Positions 46,671-60,927 of a DNA stretch of 63,984 bases are shown here, piece after piece. Source of the stretch: Paraspadella gotoi (taxonomy: Eukaryota > Animalia > Chaetognatha); the NCBI GenBank assembly GCA_051294375.1, contig CM119266.1, positions 1,555,554-1,619,537 of the forward strand, written 5' to 3'. A model generated the notes under the pieces. That model was not told the DNA's origin. It saw only the letters and a program-made list of their open reading frames with translations, and ran no database searches. A program made the position numbers and the translations under genes. The stretch's first letter is position 1; every line of letters begins with the position of its first letter.

Positions 46671-48216
46671 CAGTTTAATTAAATAATACCAATTACATCA
46701 ATCCTTAGTCGCTAAACGAAACTGACAATATCTCGCAACAACCAAATTCCGCCCATTTCAGTCGGATTCCCAAAAGCGCGATTGTTTTTACCCACGTCGT
46801 AGTAAGTCCGACACTTTGAAATATATACGAAGCCCTTGGAGAAATGGCAAACCTCCAACCCTTTTTAAGTAGTGGCCGTTCATATCCTCTCTCCGCCAAC
46901 CCCTCCCCCACCCCCCCATTGAGACCTCCCCGCGGTGAAGACGCCCGATTCGGCGGGCATCCAGGGGGAGACGAAAAGCGCTCTTTTTATTTATCAAGTT
47001 TCTATATTTATACTAATCCAGATTTTTTTTTATNNNNNNNNNNNNNNNNNNNNNNNNNNNNNNNNNNNNNNNNNNNNNNNNNNNNNNNNNNNNNNNNNNN
47101 NNNNNNNNNNNNNNNNNNNNNNNNNNNNNNNNNNNNNNNNNNNNNNNNNNNNNNNNNNNNNNNNNNNNNNNNNNNNNNNNNNNNNNNNNNNNNNNNNNNN
47201 NNNNNNNNNNNNNNNNNNNNNNCCTCACAACCTCGAGACCTCACAAATCGAACCTCGATACCTCACAACCTCGATACCTCACAACCTCGAGACCTCACAA
47301 ATCGAACCTCGATACTCCAGCGGATTTTCTATTTCTTTTTCCAATTCGGGGGGAAAATTTTTTTGGGAAAAAAAAAATCACCGTTTCGAAGTTGGGGGAG
47401 AGATACGGAATCGTGTGATGATTAAATATTGGAAGGTAATGGGTTTTTTTTTACGTATTAGAAAACGTTAAGATGTTTGAATAATATTTATAGTGTGGAT
47501 TAGATCTTAAATGACTAACTTAAAGAGTCTATATCGCAACATGAGTCCCTGAGAAAAAACACTTTTTAACTAACCTGATAGAAAGAAAATAAAATCGTCA
47601 AACGATTTTTTTTAAAAATTCCAATGCCAATTGACGGTCTTAAAACAAATGTAAACCAAATTTCCTCTCTATCTCTCTCCCTGTAAAAATGAAGGCCACC
47701 TGGTACAATTGGCCAATTCCATTCGCTTTTCTGATTTCGATAAATCGATGGTAGGAGGGGCGCTGACGGCGTCAGAGACGATCACCGAAGGCGGGAACTT
47801 TCCCACCCTCACCAAATTTATCAAAATCACAAAGACGACGACGACGACGACGACGACGGGAATTGGCAATCGCGGTTGGAGATCGAGGAAAATTGATTTC
47901 CTGGACTCAAAAGAATTCTCAAAAGATTAAAACAGAACAAACAATCTCTCACAATCTCTCTCTCTCTCTCTCTCTCTCCCTCCCTCTCTCTCACGTTGGC
48001 AGGGAGTAATGAACCCTATAAAATATCTTGACTGTCTCGCCCCCAAAAGTCCTCAATTATCTCCACTTTAAGGCCTCGAATCGAATTGGCTTTGATTTGC
48101 GAACAAAAGATACAAACAAAAGATTTTTTTTTGTTCCTGTTTGTATATGTTTGATCCATTAAGACGTGAGCGACCCAAGGGAGGAGAGGAAGAGAAGGTG
48201 AAAAGAGAGAGGGAGG

Positions 48217-48258
<42 letters not shown>

Positions 48259-48489
48259 TTTGGGAATGAATAAACGAAACATTGAATTTTTGAAAGAAAC
48301 AATGGGTTTTTTGGGTTTTTTTTTTATTATCGTGGGAAGACAGAGATAAAATAAAGAAAAGAAAAAGGGACAAGTGAAATTAGAAGATAATTCTGCATAT
48401 GATAAGTTACTTGGCTTACACTTGTTAGTTAATTATGTATGGCAACAAAAGCTTGACTTAAAATATCCTCCGTCTATTTTTTAATGTCT

Positions 48490-48599
<110 letters not shown>

Positions 48600-49619
48600 G
48601 CCCCTTTACTATATTTATAATTACGACAATGTATGGCTTAATAACAAAAACAAAAGTTCGAGTGTTTCTTCTTAAATATGAAAATAAAAATCATAGTTTG
48701 GCCGCGTGAACGGACAACGCGCCGGCGTGATTGTTCGCAGATCGTTAAACGCCCGAGTGGATCTCTCTCTCTCTCTCTCCCTCTCTCTTGGACCTTCTCC
48801 CTCTCTATCACCCCTTTTCCTCTTCTCTTTAAAAATGTCATCTTTTTTCACATCAATTCATGTGCCTTGTTTACGCGTGGGGCTAACGACGACGACGATG
48901 TCGACGACGATGTCGACGACGACGTTGAAAAAGTGGATCAGCGGAAAAAACAATCGTAATCTTGAAGAAAAATAAAAACACTTAAAATTAGTTACATCCG
49001 GAGTCTGCAAGTTATATCCGTGCTCTAGTAGTTAGATANNNNNNNNNNNNNNNNNNNNNNNNNNNNNNNNNNNNNNNNNNNNNNNNNNNNNNNNNNNNNN
49101 NNNNNNNNNNNNNNNNNNNNNNNNNNNNNNNNNNNNNNNNNNNNNNNNNNNNNNNNNNNNNNNNNNNNNNNNNNNNNNNNNNNNNNNNNNNNNNNNNNNN
49201 NNNNNNNNNNNNNNNNNNNNNNNNNNNNNNNNNNNNNNNNNNNNNNNNNNNNNNNNNNNNNNNNNNNNNNNNNNNNNNNNNNNNNNNNNNNNNNNNNNNN
49301 NNNNNNNNNNNNNNNNNNNNNNNNNNNNNNNNNNNNNNNNNNNNNNNNNNNNNNNNNNNNNNNNNNNNNNNNNNNNNNNNNNNNNNNNNNNNNNNNNNNN
49401 NNNNNNNNNNNNNNNNNNNNNNNNNNNNNNNNNNNNNNNNNNNNNNNNNNNNNNNNNNNNNNNNNNNNNNNNNNNNNNNNNNNNNNNNNNNNNNNNNNNN
49501 NNNNNNNNNNNNNNNNNNNNNNNNNNNNNNNNNNNNNNNNNNNNNNNNNNNNNNNNNNNNNNNNNNNNNNNNNNNNNNNNNNNNNNNNNNNNNNNNNNNN
49601 NNNNNNNNNNNNNNNNNNN

Positions 49620-49652
<33 letters not shown>

Positions 49653-50356
49653 CTCGATCATTTCTCTTTAAAATCTTCTACTCTCAGTTGCGCCCTGAGT
49701 ACTCGCAGAATAACTCGATAAGTCACTTTTTGGTCTGTCCCACTTAAGTTTTAAATACTGTCATTGTCTCTCCAATACGGTATAAACCTACATAAAGATT
49801 CCTTGTTAGTTGCGCCGCGAGTACTCGCGGAGCAACTCAAAAAGTCCCTTTTTGTTCGGTCTGTCGGTCGGTCTGTCGGTCGGTATGTCTGTCCGTTGGT
49901 CTGTCCCACTTACGTTAAAAATGCATAAAATTCGTTTATAGTTGATTGCTCATTTGTTAATACAGGAAAAAACCTCAAATCTAATGACTACTAGCGCCGC
50001 CTTTTCAGGAAATTTAAAACTTTAAAAGAATAATAATGACGAGAATTCAGATGCAATGCGATGTCATAAATAACACGTGAAAAAACACATTTGAATCTTA
50101 ACCGTTCTTGTTTTTATCTCTTCTATACTCTATTTATACCTATCTAATATTTCTCAATCTTTTAATTTCCTTCTTTCCTTCTCTTACGACTCCCCTCGCC
50201 ATCTTCCTTCTCCCCCCCCCGCCCACTCCCCTCCATTTCACTAAATCCTCCTCCGAGGGCGGGATGAAACAAATCGATTAACCAACACTCAATTAGCCGA
50301 AGATTTTAACACTAGAAAACCAAAACCATGATACGACGTGATAGAGACGTAGAGAA

Positions 50357-50395
<39 letters not shown>

Positions 50396-50434
50396 AATCG
50401 CGCGGGGCCGAATAGAGGGGAGAAGGGGAAGTTA

Positions 50435-52128
50435 TTCACTCGGGCTCATAGTCCAGGGGGCGGGGCCGGACTCGAATCCCTCTGGGGAAGGAACGACGTT
50501 TGTCTGTTCAACTCCGTCGGTTTGTGATCTCTTCGGGTGAATTGTGTGATGAAAGTTTGTGATGAACGTTTTTCGATGAAACATCGTCATGGGGCAAGTT
50601 TATTTTTAGTGGGGATTTTTTTTTTTTTATTGGGAAAGAATGAATAAGTGATATATGGAGTTTTCAATTAAAGGTAATTTGAAGATCGATACCCCAATGA
50701 GTCAGAAGTGACTCAGCCTGACAGCCTGACAGCTCTCATGATGTCATCGAAAAATAATGTCAATGACAGTGCTCATAACTCATAACTCATAACATAAGAT
50801 AATAATAATGATCCTCGTATCATAGGTTGAAACGATGTCAAATAATGATTATGTCGGCGTTGTCGATGTCGGAATTTACATTTTCAATCTATTTTTTACT
50901 ATAGCGATAAGGCAACTTGAGTTTACAATCTTGGTTTTATATTGACCTCGTTTCCTTCCTTCTTTTAACCCTACCCTTCAAACTTACCTCTCCACTCAAA
51001 CCTCCCCTCACCTTCTCCGGCCTCCGACATAGAATCCCCACGGCTCCGCCTCTCCTCCGTCGCGGCGTCCGATTCTCTCTTCCGATTGGACGAAAGTTCT
51101 TCTCCTCTTCCGTGATTGGCGGAGGCGAAGGCGCCGGGCTCCGCCCCGTCGACGACTTCGATCTCTGATTGGTCCATCCCTTCGTCGTCGTCGTTATCGT
51201 CGATGCTTTCAACGTCGTCGTCGTCGTGGATTCCTCGAGTGTTGGGCGCCGGGTTCCAGGGGTCGGCTTTGGGGGCGGCTGACCCTTCTAGAAGTCCGCC
51301 GACTGAAGGGATAGTGAAATACGCGTACAGTGATCGACGCAATTAACTACGACGGTTCGAGCTTCAAAGGGAGACTTTCGATTAAGCCAATTCATTCGCT
51401 GGAGAGGCTACTAAATTTCATAGAGTTTAATTAACAACCGTGTTTTATCGAGGGTATTAGTTATTTTCGTTATAGTCGCTTAAACTTTAGATGTTTACTA
51501 CCCATTTGAAAAGCCGGTCGTTATTTAGTATTTTAACGACGTGTATGGGCTTTAACTACAGCTTTTAACTTTTCATGAAATCATATTTTTTAATAAAATA
51601 TTTAATGATACAGTGGAGATCCTGAGTATTATTATATAAGAAATAAAATAAAATCGCCAGACGAATTCTTTAGAAATTCCATTGTCCGATAAGAAATTAT
51701 TTTGAATTCTTTTTTGTATTGTTTTGTTTACCAATGTAACCAAAGTTTCTCTCTCTATAAAAATGAATGCCACTTTGTACATTAGCCAATTCGATTCCAT
51801 TCGCTTTTCTGATTTCAATAAATCGATTCATCTCATTTCGTTCGCCATTTTTATCTCGACCACCTCCACCATACGATTGTTAAATGCCATGTTATGAAAT
51901 AAAAATATTTTCTCACTATCTTTTTCAACCACATAAAGGCTTTTTAAAGCAAGTTGAGAATTGATAATTTTTAATTTTTTAACCGCGTCGATTCAGATTC
52001 ATTTAACATTTTCCTCCCACTTATTCCAACTGATTATTACTAGTTTACTACTATTCCAGTACTCACTCTTTTCACTTCTCTCGTCATAAACCAAAACTTT
52101 CTCCGCCATCTTTGTTTTAGTCGCCGCT

Positions 52129-52163
<35 letters not shown>

Positions 52164-53531
52164 TGCCGCGGGCCCTTCCACTGTCGCCGACGACGATCGC
52201 AGCCGGGCGAAGATCTCCAGCAATTGCGCCGATGCTGACCCAGGCGCAGGCATCAGCGGAGCCGGAAACGCGTCGTGCGGCGCCATCTGTGGTGGAAAGG
52301 CGCCGACCATCGTTGGCGGCGCCTGAGGAGACGCCATCGATCTCGAAATGCGCCCGGAATGTGGCACCGACGACGCCTCCATGTCGAATAATTGGTGAGC
52401 GACGCCCGAAGATGCAAATCGAAAAAAGGGCCCCGGTCGACGAAGCGGCTCCTCTGTTTCCGACGACGGAACCGGTCGCGGAAGATCGACAGGGCGTTGA
52501 GTAGGGGATGCGACGGGGTAGGAGGATGACGACGACGACGATGACGACGACGACGACGACGACGACGAAAAAGACGACGATGGTGATGATAGTTCGCTCT
52601 CAATCGGTCGCCAGAGTTTAGGAATTTTCTGAAGAACTGGAGATGAAATGGCAGATGGAATTCCAGATGGAATTCCAGATGGAATTACAGATGGAATTCC
52701 AGATGGAATTACAGATGGAATTCCAGATGGAACAGGGAGAATATTTAAAGAAGGAGGAAGACGAGGAGGAGGACGTCGATGAGAAGTAGGCAGAGGAGGA
52801 AGAGGAGGAGGGCCAAGGGGAGACGCTTGACCGAGTGGGAGAGGTCGAGGCGGTTGCCGCGCCAAAGGAGGATGAGGAGGAAGAGGAGTTTCCCTCGACA
52901 AAGAATAGGGGCGAAGAAGAGCGGGGAAAGGAGGAGGAAGATGATGGAATGTCGTCGTCGTTTCCGCTTTTCTCTTTTTCGCTCCGAATCTGAGGAAAGC
53001 GGCGTCGTCGACGTGAGCGGCGTCTCTGTCGGAAAAGGCCGCCGCTTTCTCGGTCGCTCGAAATCGTCTCTCGGAGACGTCGAGATTTTTAGCCGACATA
53101 TCGAGCGGGGCGTCGACCGTCGGCGTCGGCGGCGTGTCGAGAACACCAGAGAGGACCACGCCGAAACCGGTGGCGCCGCTCGACGCGCGCGAAAGAATTT
53201 TGTCGACGCTGAATTTGTCGGAGGGCGTCGAGGGTGGCGTTGTTTGCGGCGTTTCCGTTGAGGCCGATGACGCCGCTGGGGCCCCTGCATTCCCTGGCGG
53301 AGACTTTTTGAAGCCGGCGTCGTCGTCGGTCTATTATCATTATCTGTCTGCGTTTTCTGTCGTCGTCGTCGTCGGACAGTCACGCCCAAATCCGTCGTCC
53401 TCTTTACCGTCGTCGATGTTTTCTTTCGGCGGCCGGATATGTCTCGGCGCCAAGATACCGGCGTGCGCGGGTAAAAGCGGCGTCTTCGATCTCGAGCAGG
53501 CGTCGTTGCCCAGGAGATTGTCCGAAGTCAT
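50435..53531 (-). CDS. Low-complexity Pro/Ser/Ala-rich exons, possibly the 5' part of the Nedx gene
   Basis: 386-aa ORF (51999-53159) with PLDMS, LWRP and poly-Ala/Ser ending at a gtgagt donor; further GC-rich exon-like blocks at ~51010-51410 and ~50440-50540. Confidence 0.5.
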
Positions 53532-54012
53532 TTGTAAAATTTAAGTCGTTTTGGTTAACAGATCGTTAAATGTCTCGAATGTTTAATTCCATTTTAAATA
53601 TAAGCTGGTCTATTCGTTGGTGTTTCTTTTTTGTTGGTTGTTGTTGTTGTTTGTGTTGTTGTTGTTGTTTTTGTTTTGTTTTGTTTTGTTTTTATTAACA
53701 TCCGTTTGTTTAATTTGCTTGTCTATTTATAAAAAACAATTTACAACATTGAGCTCTGCGCGTCCGATTGATAAGAGTAAAGATCCGCGGAAAATGAGTC
53801 GCCCGCGTCTCGATCAACACTCTTCATATTTTTTTTTTAAATTAGATTTTAGCGGCGATATCGTAACAGTTGTGGGCCGTCGTTGTGCGTCGTTGTCGTT
53901 GCCGTCGTGCTTGTCGTCGTTGTCGTTGCCCGTCTGGTCGTTGTCCGTTGTCGTCGTCCGCGCTGGAGAAGGAAGGAGAAAATGAAGAGGATTTCCCGAA
54001 AACGCGATGCGA

Positions 54013-56632
54013 ATGAGAAGAGGGAAAAAGGGAAAGAGGGGAAAAGAGGAGGAGGGGAAACAGAGGAGAGGGGAAAAGAGAGAAAGGGGGACAGAGGGGA
54101 GGGGAAAAGAGGAAGAGGGGATAAGGAGAAGAGGGGAAAAGGAGGGAAAGAGAGGGAACAAAGGGGAGATGGGAAAAGAGGCAGAAGGGGAAAAGAGAGA
54201 GGGGAAAGAGAAGGGAAAAGAGGGAGAGGACGGAAAAGAGGAGAGGGGGAAAAGAGAGAAGAGGGGAAAAGAAAGAGGGGAACAGAGGGAGGGGAAACTA
54301 AGAGCAGGGAAAAAAGAGGAGAGGGAAAAAGAAGGAATGAGAAAAAGGCAGAGGGGATAAGAGTAGAGGGAAAAGAGAGAGCGGAAAAGGGAGAAAGAGG
54401 GGAAACAGAGGGGGAGTGGGAAAGGGAGAGGGGAAACGGAGAAGAAGGGGAAAAGAGAAGCAAGGGGACACAGCTAGGGGAGGGGAAGAAGGAGAGGGGA
54501 AAAGAGGAGATGGGGAAAAAGAGGGCATAGGGGGCGAAAAGAGGAGAGGGGAAGAGGAGAAGAGGGGAAAAGAAGAGAGAGGGGGAAAACAAGAGGGAGA
54601 GAGCGTGGAGGGGAATCACAGAGGAGTAGGGGAAAGGAGAAGAGTGGGAAAGAGGAAGAGGGGAACAGAGGGGAGGAGGAAAAGAGAAGAGGGGGAAAAG
54701 AGAGAAGAGGGAAAGAGAGGAGAGGGCGAAAAGGAGAGAGGGGAAAAGGGAAAAGAGGAAAAGAGGGAAGAGGGGAAAAAGAGAGGGAAAGAGAAGAGGG
54801 GAAAAGAGAAAGAGGGGAACAGAGGGGAGGGGAAAAGAGAAAGAGGGGAAAGAGGGACGTAATGGGAAGCGGCCACAAGGGAGGAGGAGGAGCAAAAAAA
54901 CCGCGCTCCGCGCCACCGCGCCCAGGTTCGTAACACCGGCGGCGACCCCCCTCGTCTTCCGCGGACGCTCTCCTCCGAGCCCCAGGGGGACGGGAAAAGA
55001 GGAAGACGGGAAAAAGCAGAAAGAGGGGAAAAAGAGGAGATGGGAACAAGGAGCGCAGAGGGGAAAACGAGGAGGAGGGGTAGCAGACGGGGGAAGGGCG
55101 AAGAAGGAGAGGGGAAGGAGGAAGAGGGGCAAAGAGAAGAGTGGGGAACCAAGGGGAGGGGAAAAGAAGGGCAGAGGGGAAAGAGGCAGATGGGAAAAGA
55201 GGAGAGGGGAAAAGAGGAGAGGGAAAAGAGGAGAGGGGAAAGACGAAGAGGGGAACCAGAAGGGGTAGGGGAGAAAGAGGAGAGGGGAAAAAGGGGAGAT
55301 GGGAAAAGAGGAGAGGGGAAAAGAGGAAGGGGAAAAGAGGAGAGGGAAAAAGAGAAGAAGGGAACAGAGGGGCAGGGGGGAAGAGGGAGAGGGAGGGAAA
55401 GGAGAAGAGGGGAAAAGAGAAGAGGGGAGACAGATCGGGGAGGGGAAAAGAGGGGAGAGGGAAATAGAGGAGATGGGAAAAGAGAGGAGGGGAGAAAAGA
55501 AAGGGTAGAGGGGTAAAAGAGAAGAGGGAAAAGAGAAAGAGGTACCAGAGGGTGAAGGGGAAAGAGACAGAGGGGAAAGAGGAGATGCGGAAAGAGGAAA
55601 GACGGCGGAAAAGAGGAGAGGCGGAATAAGAGGAGAGGGAAAAGAGAAGAGGGTACACAGAAGCGCGGGAGGGGGAAAAAGAGGAAAGACGGGAGAAGGA
55701 GAGGACAGAGGGTAAACAGAGGGGGAGGGGAAAAGAGAACAAATGAGGGGAAAAGAAGGAGATGGGAACAAGAGGGGAGGGGAAAAGAAGGAGAGGGGTA
55801 AAGGAGATTAAGAGGGGGAAAAGAGCAAGAAGGGTAACATGAGGGACGGGGGAAAAGAAGAAGAGGGGCAATGCAGGAGATGGGAAAAGAGGGAGAGGGT
55901 GACAAGAGTGAGCGGGGAAAAGAGGAGAAAAAAAAGAGGGGAAAAGGAGAAGTAGGGGAAAAAGAGAGGAAAGGGGACAGGAGGGGAGGGGGACAAAGAA
56001 GGGAGGCAGGAGGAAAAAGGGAAGGAAGAAGAAGGGGGGAAAAGAGAAGAGGGGAAGCAGAGGGAGGGGAAAAGAGGGAAAAAGGAGGGGAAAAAAGGAG
56101 AGCAAAGGGGGGAAAAGAGAGAGGGAAGGAGAGGCAGAGAGGGGAAAGGGAAGAGTGGGGAAAAGGAGGGAGCTCAGGGAAAAAGAGAGAGGGGAAAAGA
56201 GCGGAGAGGAGGGCGAAGGAGAAGAAGGGGGGAAAAAGGAAAGAGGGGAACAGAGGGGAGGGGAACAAGAGAAGGAGGGGACAAATGAGGAGCAGTGAGT
56301 GGGGGGAAAAAGAGGGCAAGGGGGGATAAGAGGGGGGACGGGGAAAAGAGAAGAGGGAAAAAGAGAAACGACGGGGACAACAGAGGAGACTGGGTAGCAT
56401 AAGAGGAGAGGGAAACGAGGAGAAGGGAAAAGGAGAAGGGGGAAATGAAAGCAAGAGGGAAAGAGGAGATGGGACAGAGGAGAAAGGAAGGAGTGAGGAG
56501 GAGAAGTGGGAAGAGGCGCCGGGGGGGGGGTCGGCCGTTGGGGCGAAGGAAGAAGAGACAGAGAGCAGAAAGAGGGGAAAAGAGCAGAGAGAGAGAGACG
56601 AGAGAGAGAGAGAGAGAGCAAAGAGAGAGAGA
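54013..56632. repeat. ~2.6-kb polypurine degenerate satellite (gaggggaaaagag-like)
   Basis: Almost exclusively G/A on the plus strand; the source of spurious long ORFs. Confidence 0.9.
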
Positions 56633-58583
56633 GACAATTCTCTCCTTCTGACTTTGGACAGGCGAAGGTGGGATAAGACCTCCATTCTTTTTACAAGACA
56701 ATGACATATCAAGACCCTGCAAGCTTTCAATCAAGACACTTTCACTTTAAATCAATCAATCAATCAATCATTTTAAATCAATCGAGACTCTTTCTCTTTA
56801 AATCTTAGAAAATGGATAGGTGGAGCGTAATATGAGTCGGGCGGGATGTGGTGCATTGTGGGGAATTTTTTTTAATTCTGAAAGGAGTGTTTGGCTTGTG
56901 GTGGTTTTCGGTGAGATGTGGTGGATAGTGGTGGGTTGTGGTGGGTTGTGGTGGGTTGCGTGGATTGTGGAGATGACAAGACCCTCCGAACGAAACGATC
57001 GACTCGTTGAACATCGTCGTCTTTGTTCAATTGCAAAAGTGGCAGAGGGCAGTGGAGAGAGAGAGAGGACCCAATCGGGGGTGCTAAGGCAGGGGATGTT
57101 GAGGAGGGGATGTTAGAGAGAGGGGGTGTTAAAGAAGGGAGAAGGGGTGAAAATACAGAAATGATGGGAACGATGTAATACGTATAACAGAGAATTATAT
57201 AAAGGAAAGGTTAAAAATTTGACTGACGGGAATGGGTACAAAGAGGAAATAAAATATCGGTTCTGAAAGATGTTTGGTAGTCGTTCGAAATAAAACGGGG
57301 CCGGTGATTACCTACCCCTTCCTCTTTCTCCCCCTCCATCCACCTTCTGTCACCCCCCCCCACCCCCTCTCTCCATCTCGCGCCCGAAATTGGTTCATTA
57401 GCGGGAATCGGCCTCCGAGTCGAAGGCGACGCATCCGAAGCCAAAACTCATTCACATCAATTAAAAAGGAAAATAGATCTCGCGATCCTTTCCCGAGGAG
57501 AGGAGAGGGGGAAGCGCCGGTAGCGGGAGAGGGAAGGTCTGAGTTCTTTTCGAGAGGGTTGGGGTGGAAGGGAAAAGAGATCTTTGTGATGAATTATTGA
57601 GGAAGGGTTGGGGAAGAGGTTTTCGAGGGGATAGAAGGGGGGAAAAGATATCTTTGTTATCAGTTATGTTTATCTTTGGGCAAGAGTAAATGCAATCTTT
57701 TTTTTTTTAAATGGAGCAGGAAAAATACGTTTAAATCGTTTTTGAGGAAGACCCAAAGGTGAAACGGGAGCAACAAAACAAAAGGAATTTGTTTTTATCA
57801 GTCAATGAGGGGAGAGAAGAAGAACAAAACGATTTTTATAACTAAATAAATTAAATTATTTCGTTATATCATTTAAGGAAAAACTCATGCTTCTGAAATT
57901 AAGAGAGAACTGAATCTATTTATAACAAAAGACAGGATCAGAGGAAAGAGTGATTTTGACAGTTCTATAGTTCCTGCAAGCTGATTGGTCGGTTCCAGTT
58001 CCGTATCGGCCAATGATGATTCAATTCTGGCGGCGATCGCCCGATCCTATGATCCGTTTTGGATTTTGGTTGGATTGATCTCCTGCGATAATATGTTTAA
58101 AAAATATATACATATTGAATTTGTCTCTCCTGGGGAAGACGATGCCGCGATTTTACGTCTCATGTCGATAAAATGTCTTTCTCATGTCCGCTATACTATT
58201 TTGAATAAAAAAGGTAGGTTTTAACCAGTTAACCAGCCTTAACCTAACCCCTAACCTTAATCGCTAACCTAATTTTTAACTAAAGAAATTAACCTAATTC
58301 CCAATTTAAGATGTAATGGGGCGTTCTCGGAAGATAAGGCCGACTGGCTCTGCGACTTAACAAACTGAACGAAATTAACAATGACGTCTCTTTTTTTCGA
58401 TTCCGGTTTTTTGTGGAATTGATTTCTTCAGTTAATATTTAGTTTTCTTTGTTTAAAAAAAGGAGAAAAAAATTTTGGCCAAGAATCTTTTTCCGCGTCG
58501 AATTTACATTTCCTCATCGAGAAATAAAATCATTTTATTTCACGATTCATTTACTACTATAATTGGATTGACGACTAAAGAGA

Positions 58584-59327
58584 TTCTCATCCGGGACTGC
58601 GGAGGGAAGTCTCATCCGGGACCGCGGAGGGAAGTCTCATCCGGGACGTGGCGGAGGGAAGTCTCATCCTCCGTGAGGGCAGTCTCATCGGGACGCGAGG
58701 GAAGTCTCATCCGGGACCGCGCAGGGAAGTCTCATTCCGGGACCGCGGAGGGAAGTCTCATCCGGGACCGCGGAGGGAGTCTCATCCAGGACCGCGAGGG
58801 AAGTCTCATCCGGGACCGCGGAGGGAAGTCTCATCCGGTAAGGACCGCGGAGGAAGAAGTCTTCATCCGGGGACCGCGGAGGAATCTCATCCGGGACCGC
58901 GGAGGGAAGTCTCATCCGGGGACCGCGAAGGGAAGTCTCATCCGGGGACCGCGGAGGGAAGTCTCATCCGGGACCGCGGCAGGGAAGTCTCATCCGGGAC
59001 GCGCGAGGGAAGTCTCATCCGGGACCCGCGGAGGGAAGTCTCAATCCGGGACGCGGATGGGAAAGTCTCATCCGGGACCGCGGAGGGATAGTCCTCATCC
59101 GGGACCGCGGCAAGGGTCAGTCTCATCGGGACCGGAGTTATGGAGAGTCTCAATCCGGGACCGCGAGGGAAGCTCATTCGCAGAGTCCGGACCGCGGAGG
59201 GAAGTCTCATCCGGGACCGCGAGGGAAGTCTCATCCGGGACCGCGGAGGAGGTCTCATCGCGGGACCGCGAGGGAAGTCTCATCAGACCGCGGAGGGAAG
59301 TCTCATCCGGGACCGCGGAGGGAAGTC
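58584..59327. repeat. GC-rich 25-bp minisatellite (TCTCATCCGGGACCGCGGAGGGAAG), about 29 copies
   Basis: Head-to-tail units without unique spacers. Confidence 0.92.
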
Positions 59328-59627
59328 TTAATATATTCTTTTATTAAGTTACGATTTTATGGAATAATGTGCGTGCTACAGAAGACAATGCACATGCTAA
59401 TTTTTTATTAAACTGGGTAATATTTTTTAGTCTTGACCTGGCGTAAAGTTGATACTGAAGGCTGAAGAGGCACTTAAAAAGATGAGTAGCGTAATAAAGG
59501 AAACAATTTTAAGGGGCGAAATTCGGTTAATCGGAGATTAAAATTAAATAGGTAAAGTAATCAGGTGCAGTAAAATGTTGAGAGAGAAAGTGAGATAAGA
59601 AAAAAAGAAAAGAAAAAAAAAAGTGAA

Positions 59628-59748
59628 AAATAAGAAGACAGTCTGAACAAAGTTAAGTAGAAGTCAAATAAGAAGACAGTCTGAACAAAGTTAAGTAAAA
59701 GTCAAATAAGAAGACAGTCTGAACAAAGTTAAGTAAAAGTCAAATAAG
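59628..59748. repeat. 38-bp tandem repeat x3
   Basis: aaataagaagacagtctgaacaaagttaagta(g/a)aagtc. Confidence 0.9.
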
Positions 59749-59797
59749 GTGATCACAAATGACCAAAAGTTGAAGAAAGAAAGAAAGCAAGAAACCA

Positions 59798-59832
<35 letters not shown>

Positions 59833-60061
59833 CTTGAAATGAAAATAAAAACCGGTAAGTGACAGAATCAGGGTCAAGCTCCTCTCGTTTAATCTTGAAA
59901 ACCGAGTAATAGCATAAAAATTAACTCTTATACCATTTAATGTTTATTCTTAATGTCATAAAGACCGCGATGAGAGGAGGAGGAGGAGGAGGAGGAGGAG
60001 GAGGCGGAAGAAGAGACAGTGGGACTTCTTAACTGGAAATCACCGCTGCGACCTTTGATGA

Positions 60062-60176
<115 letters not shown>

Positions 60177-60927
60177 TATCGCCTGTCAACTGTTGTTTAT
60201 ACTCGCCCTCAGTAAATCTTGGCCACCTTCAATTTTTCAGTCAAAAACTCCCTTTTTCTTCGACAATTTTTATTCGCGTCACAAAACCCGAGAATAATTT
60301 TTTTTTGTAAATTAAAAGCCAAAATATAAATTTCTCCTGATAACTCCGGATTTTTTTTCTGTAACGAATGTAATTCCCGCGTTGGGTCATTCGCAATGTG
60401 TATTGTATTGTTTATTGTAACGAGGGGATTGCGTGTGAAAAATTGTAGCTTTTTGGGTCAAATTTAGTTTCGGACGTCATTTTCTTATCGCAAATGTTTG
60501 TGTAACAATTTTTTTTACTAATAAGTCAATAATCATTCTATTTTTATCTGCCTAAATGTTTCTAGTCCCGTTAAAGGAACTAAGCATTTCCAAAATCGTT
60601 GCTCTCGCTAAACGGGGAATCACTCGGGCAACCAAATCTACTTCCAATAAAAAAAACAAACCATAACGTGACTCAACTTTTCTCTGACCCGTGTCAGCGT
60701 GGCACGAAATTGTCGAAAGTCACGTATCTCGTAACTTTGCGTGCGAGAACAAAATTAAGTTGCGTGAGACGAGAAAAAAGAACGAGGAAGAAAATGACCC
60801 AACGAAAATAGACGCTGATGACTTAATTAATCTTACGACCCCCTCCCAAAAAATAACAACAACGTAAAAGGAACTAAAAAAAAATTTAAGAACAAAAAAA
60901 CGAACAAAAAACACTTTTTTTTTCAAG

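Noticed and set aside
53849-56734. ORFs of 640-715 aa (Pro/Leu/Phe/Ser or Gly/Glu/Arg/Lys-rich)
   Set aside because: They are stop-free translations of a polypurine/polypyrimidine satellite in several frames.
58475-59347. 290-aa ORF or possible CRISPR array
   Set aside because: A 25-bp head-to-tail repeat with no spacers and no cas genes, in a eukaryotic context.
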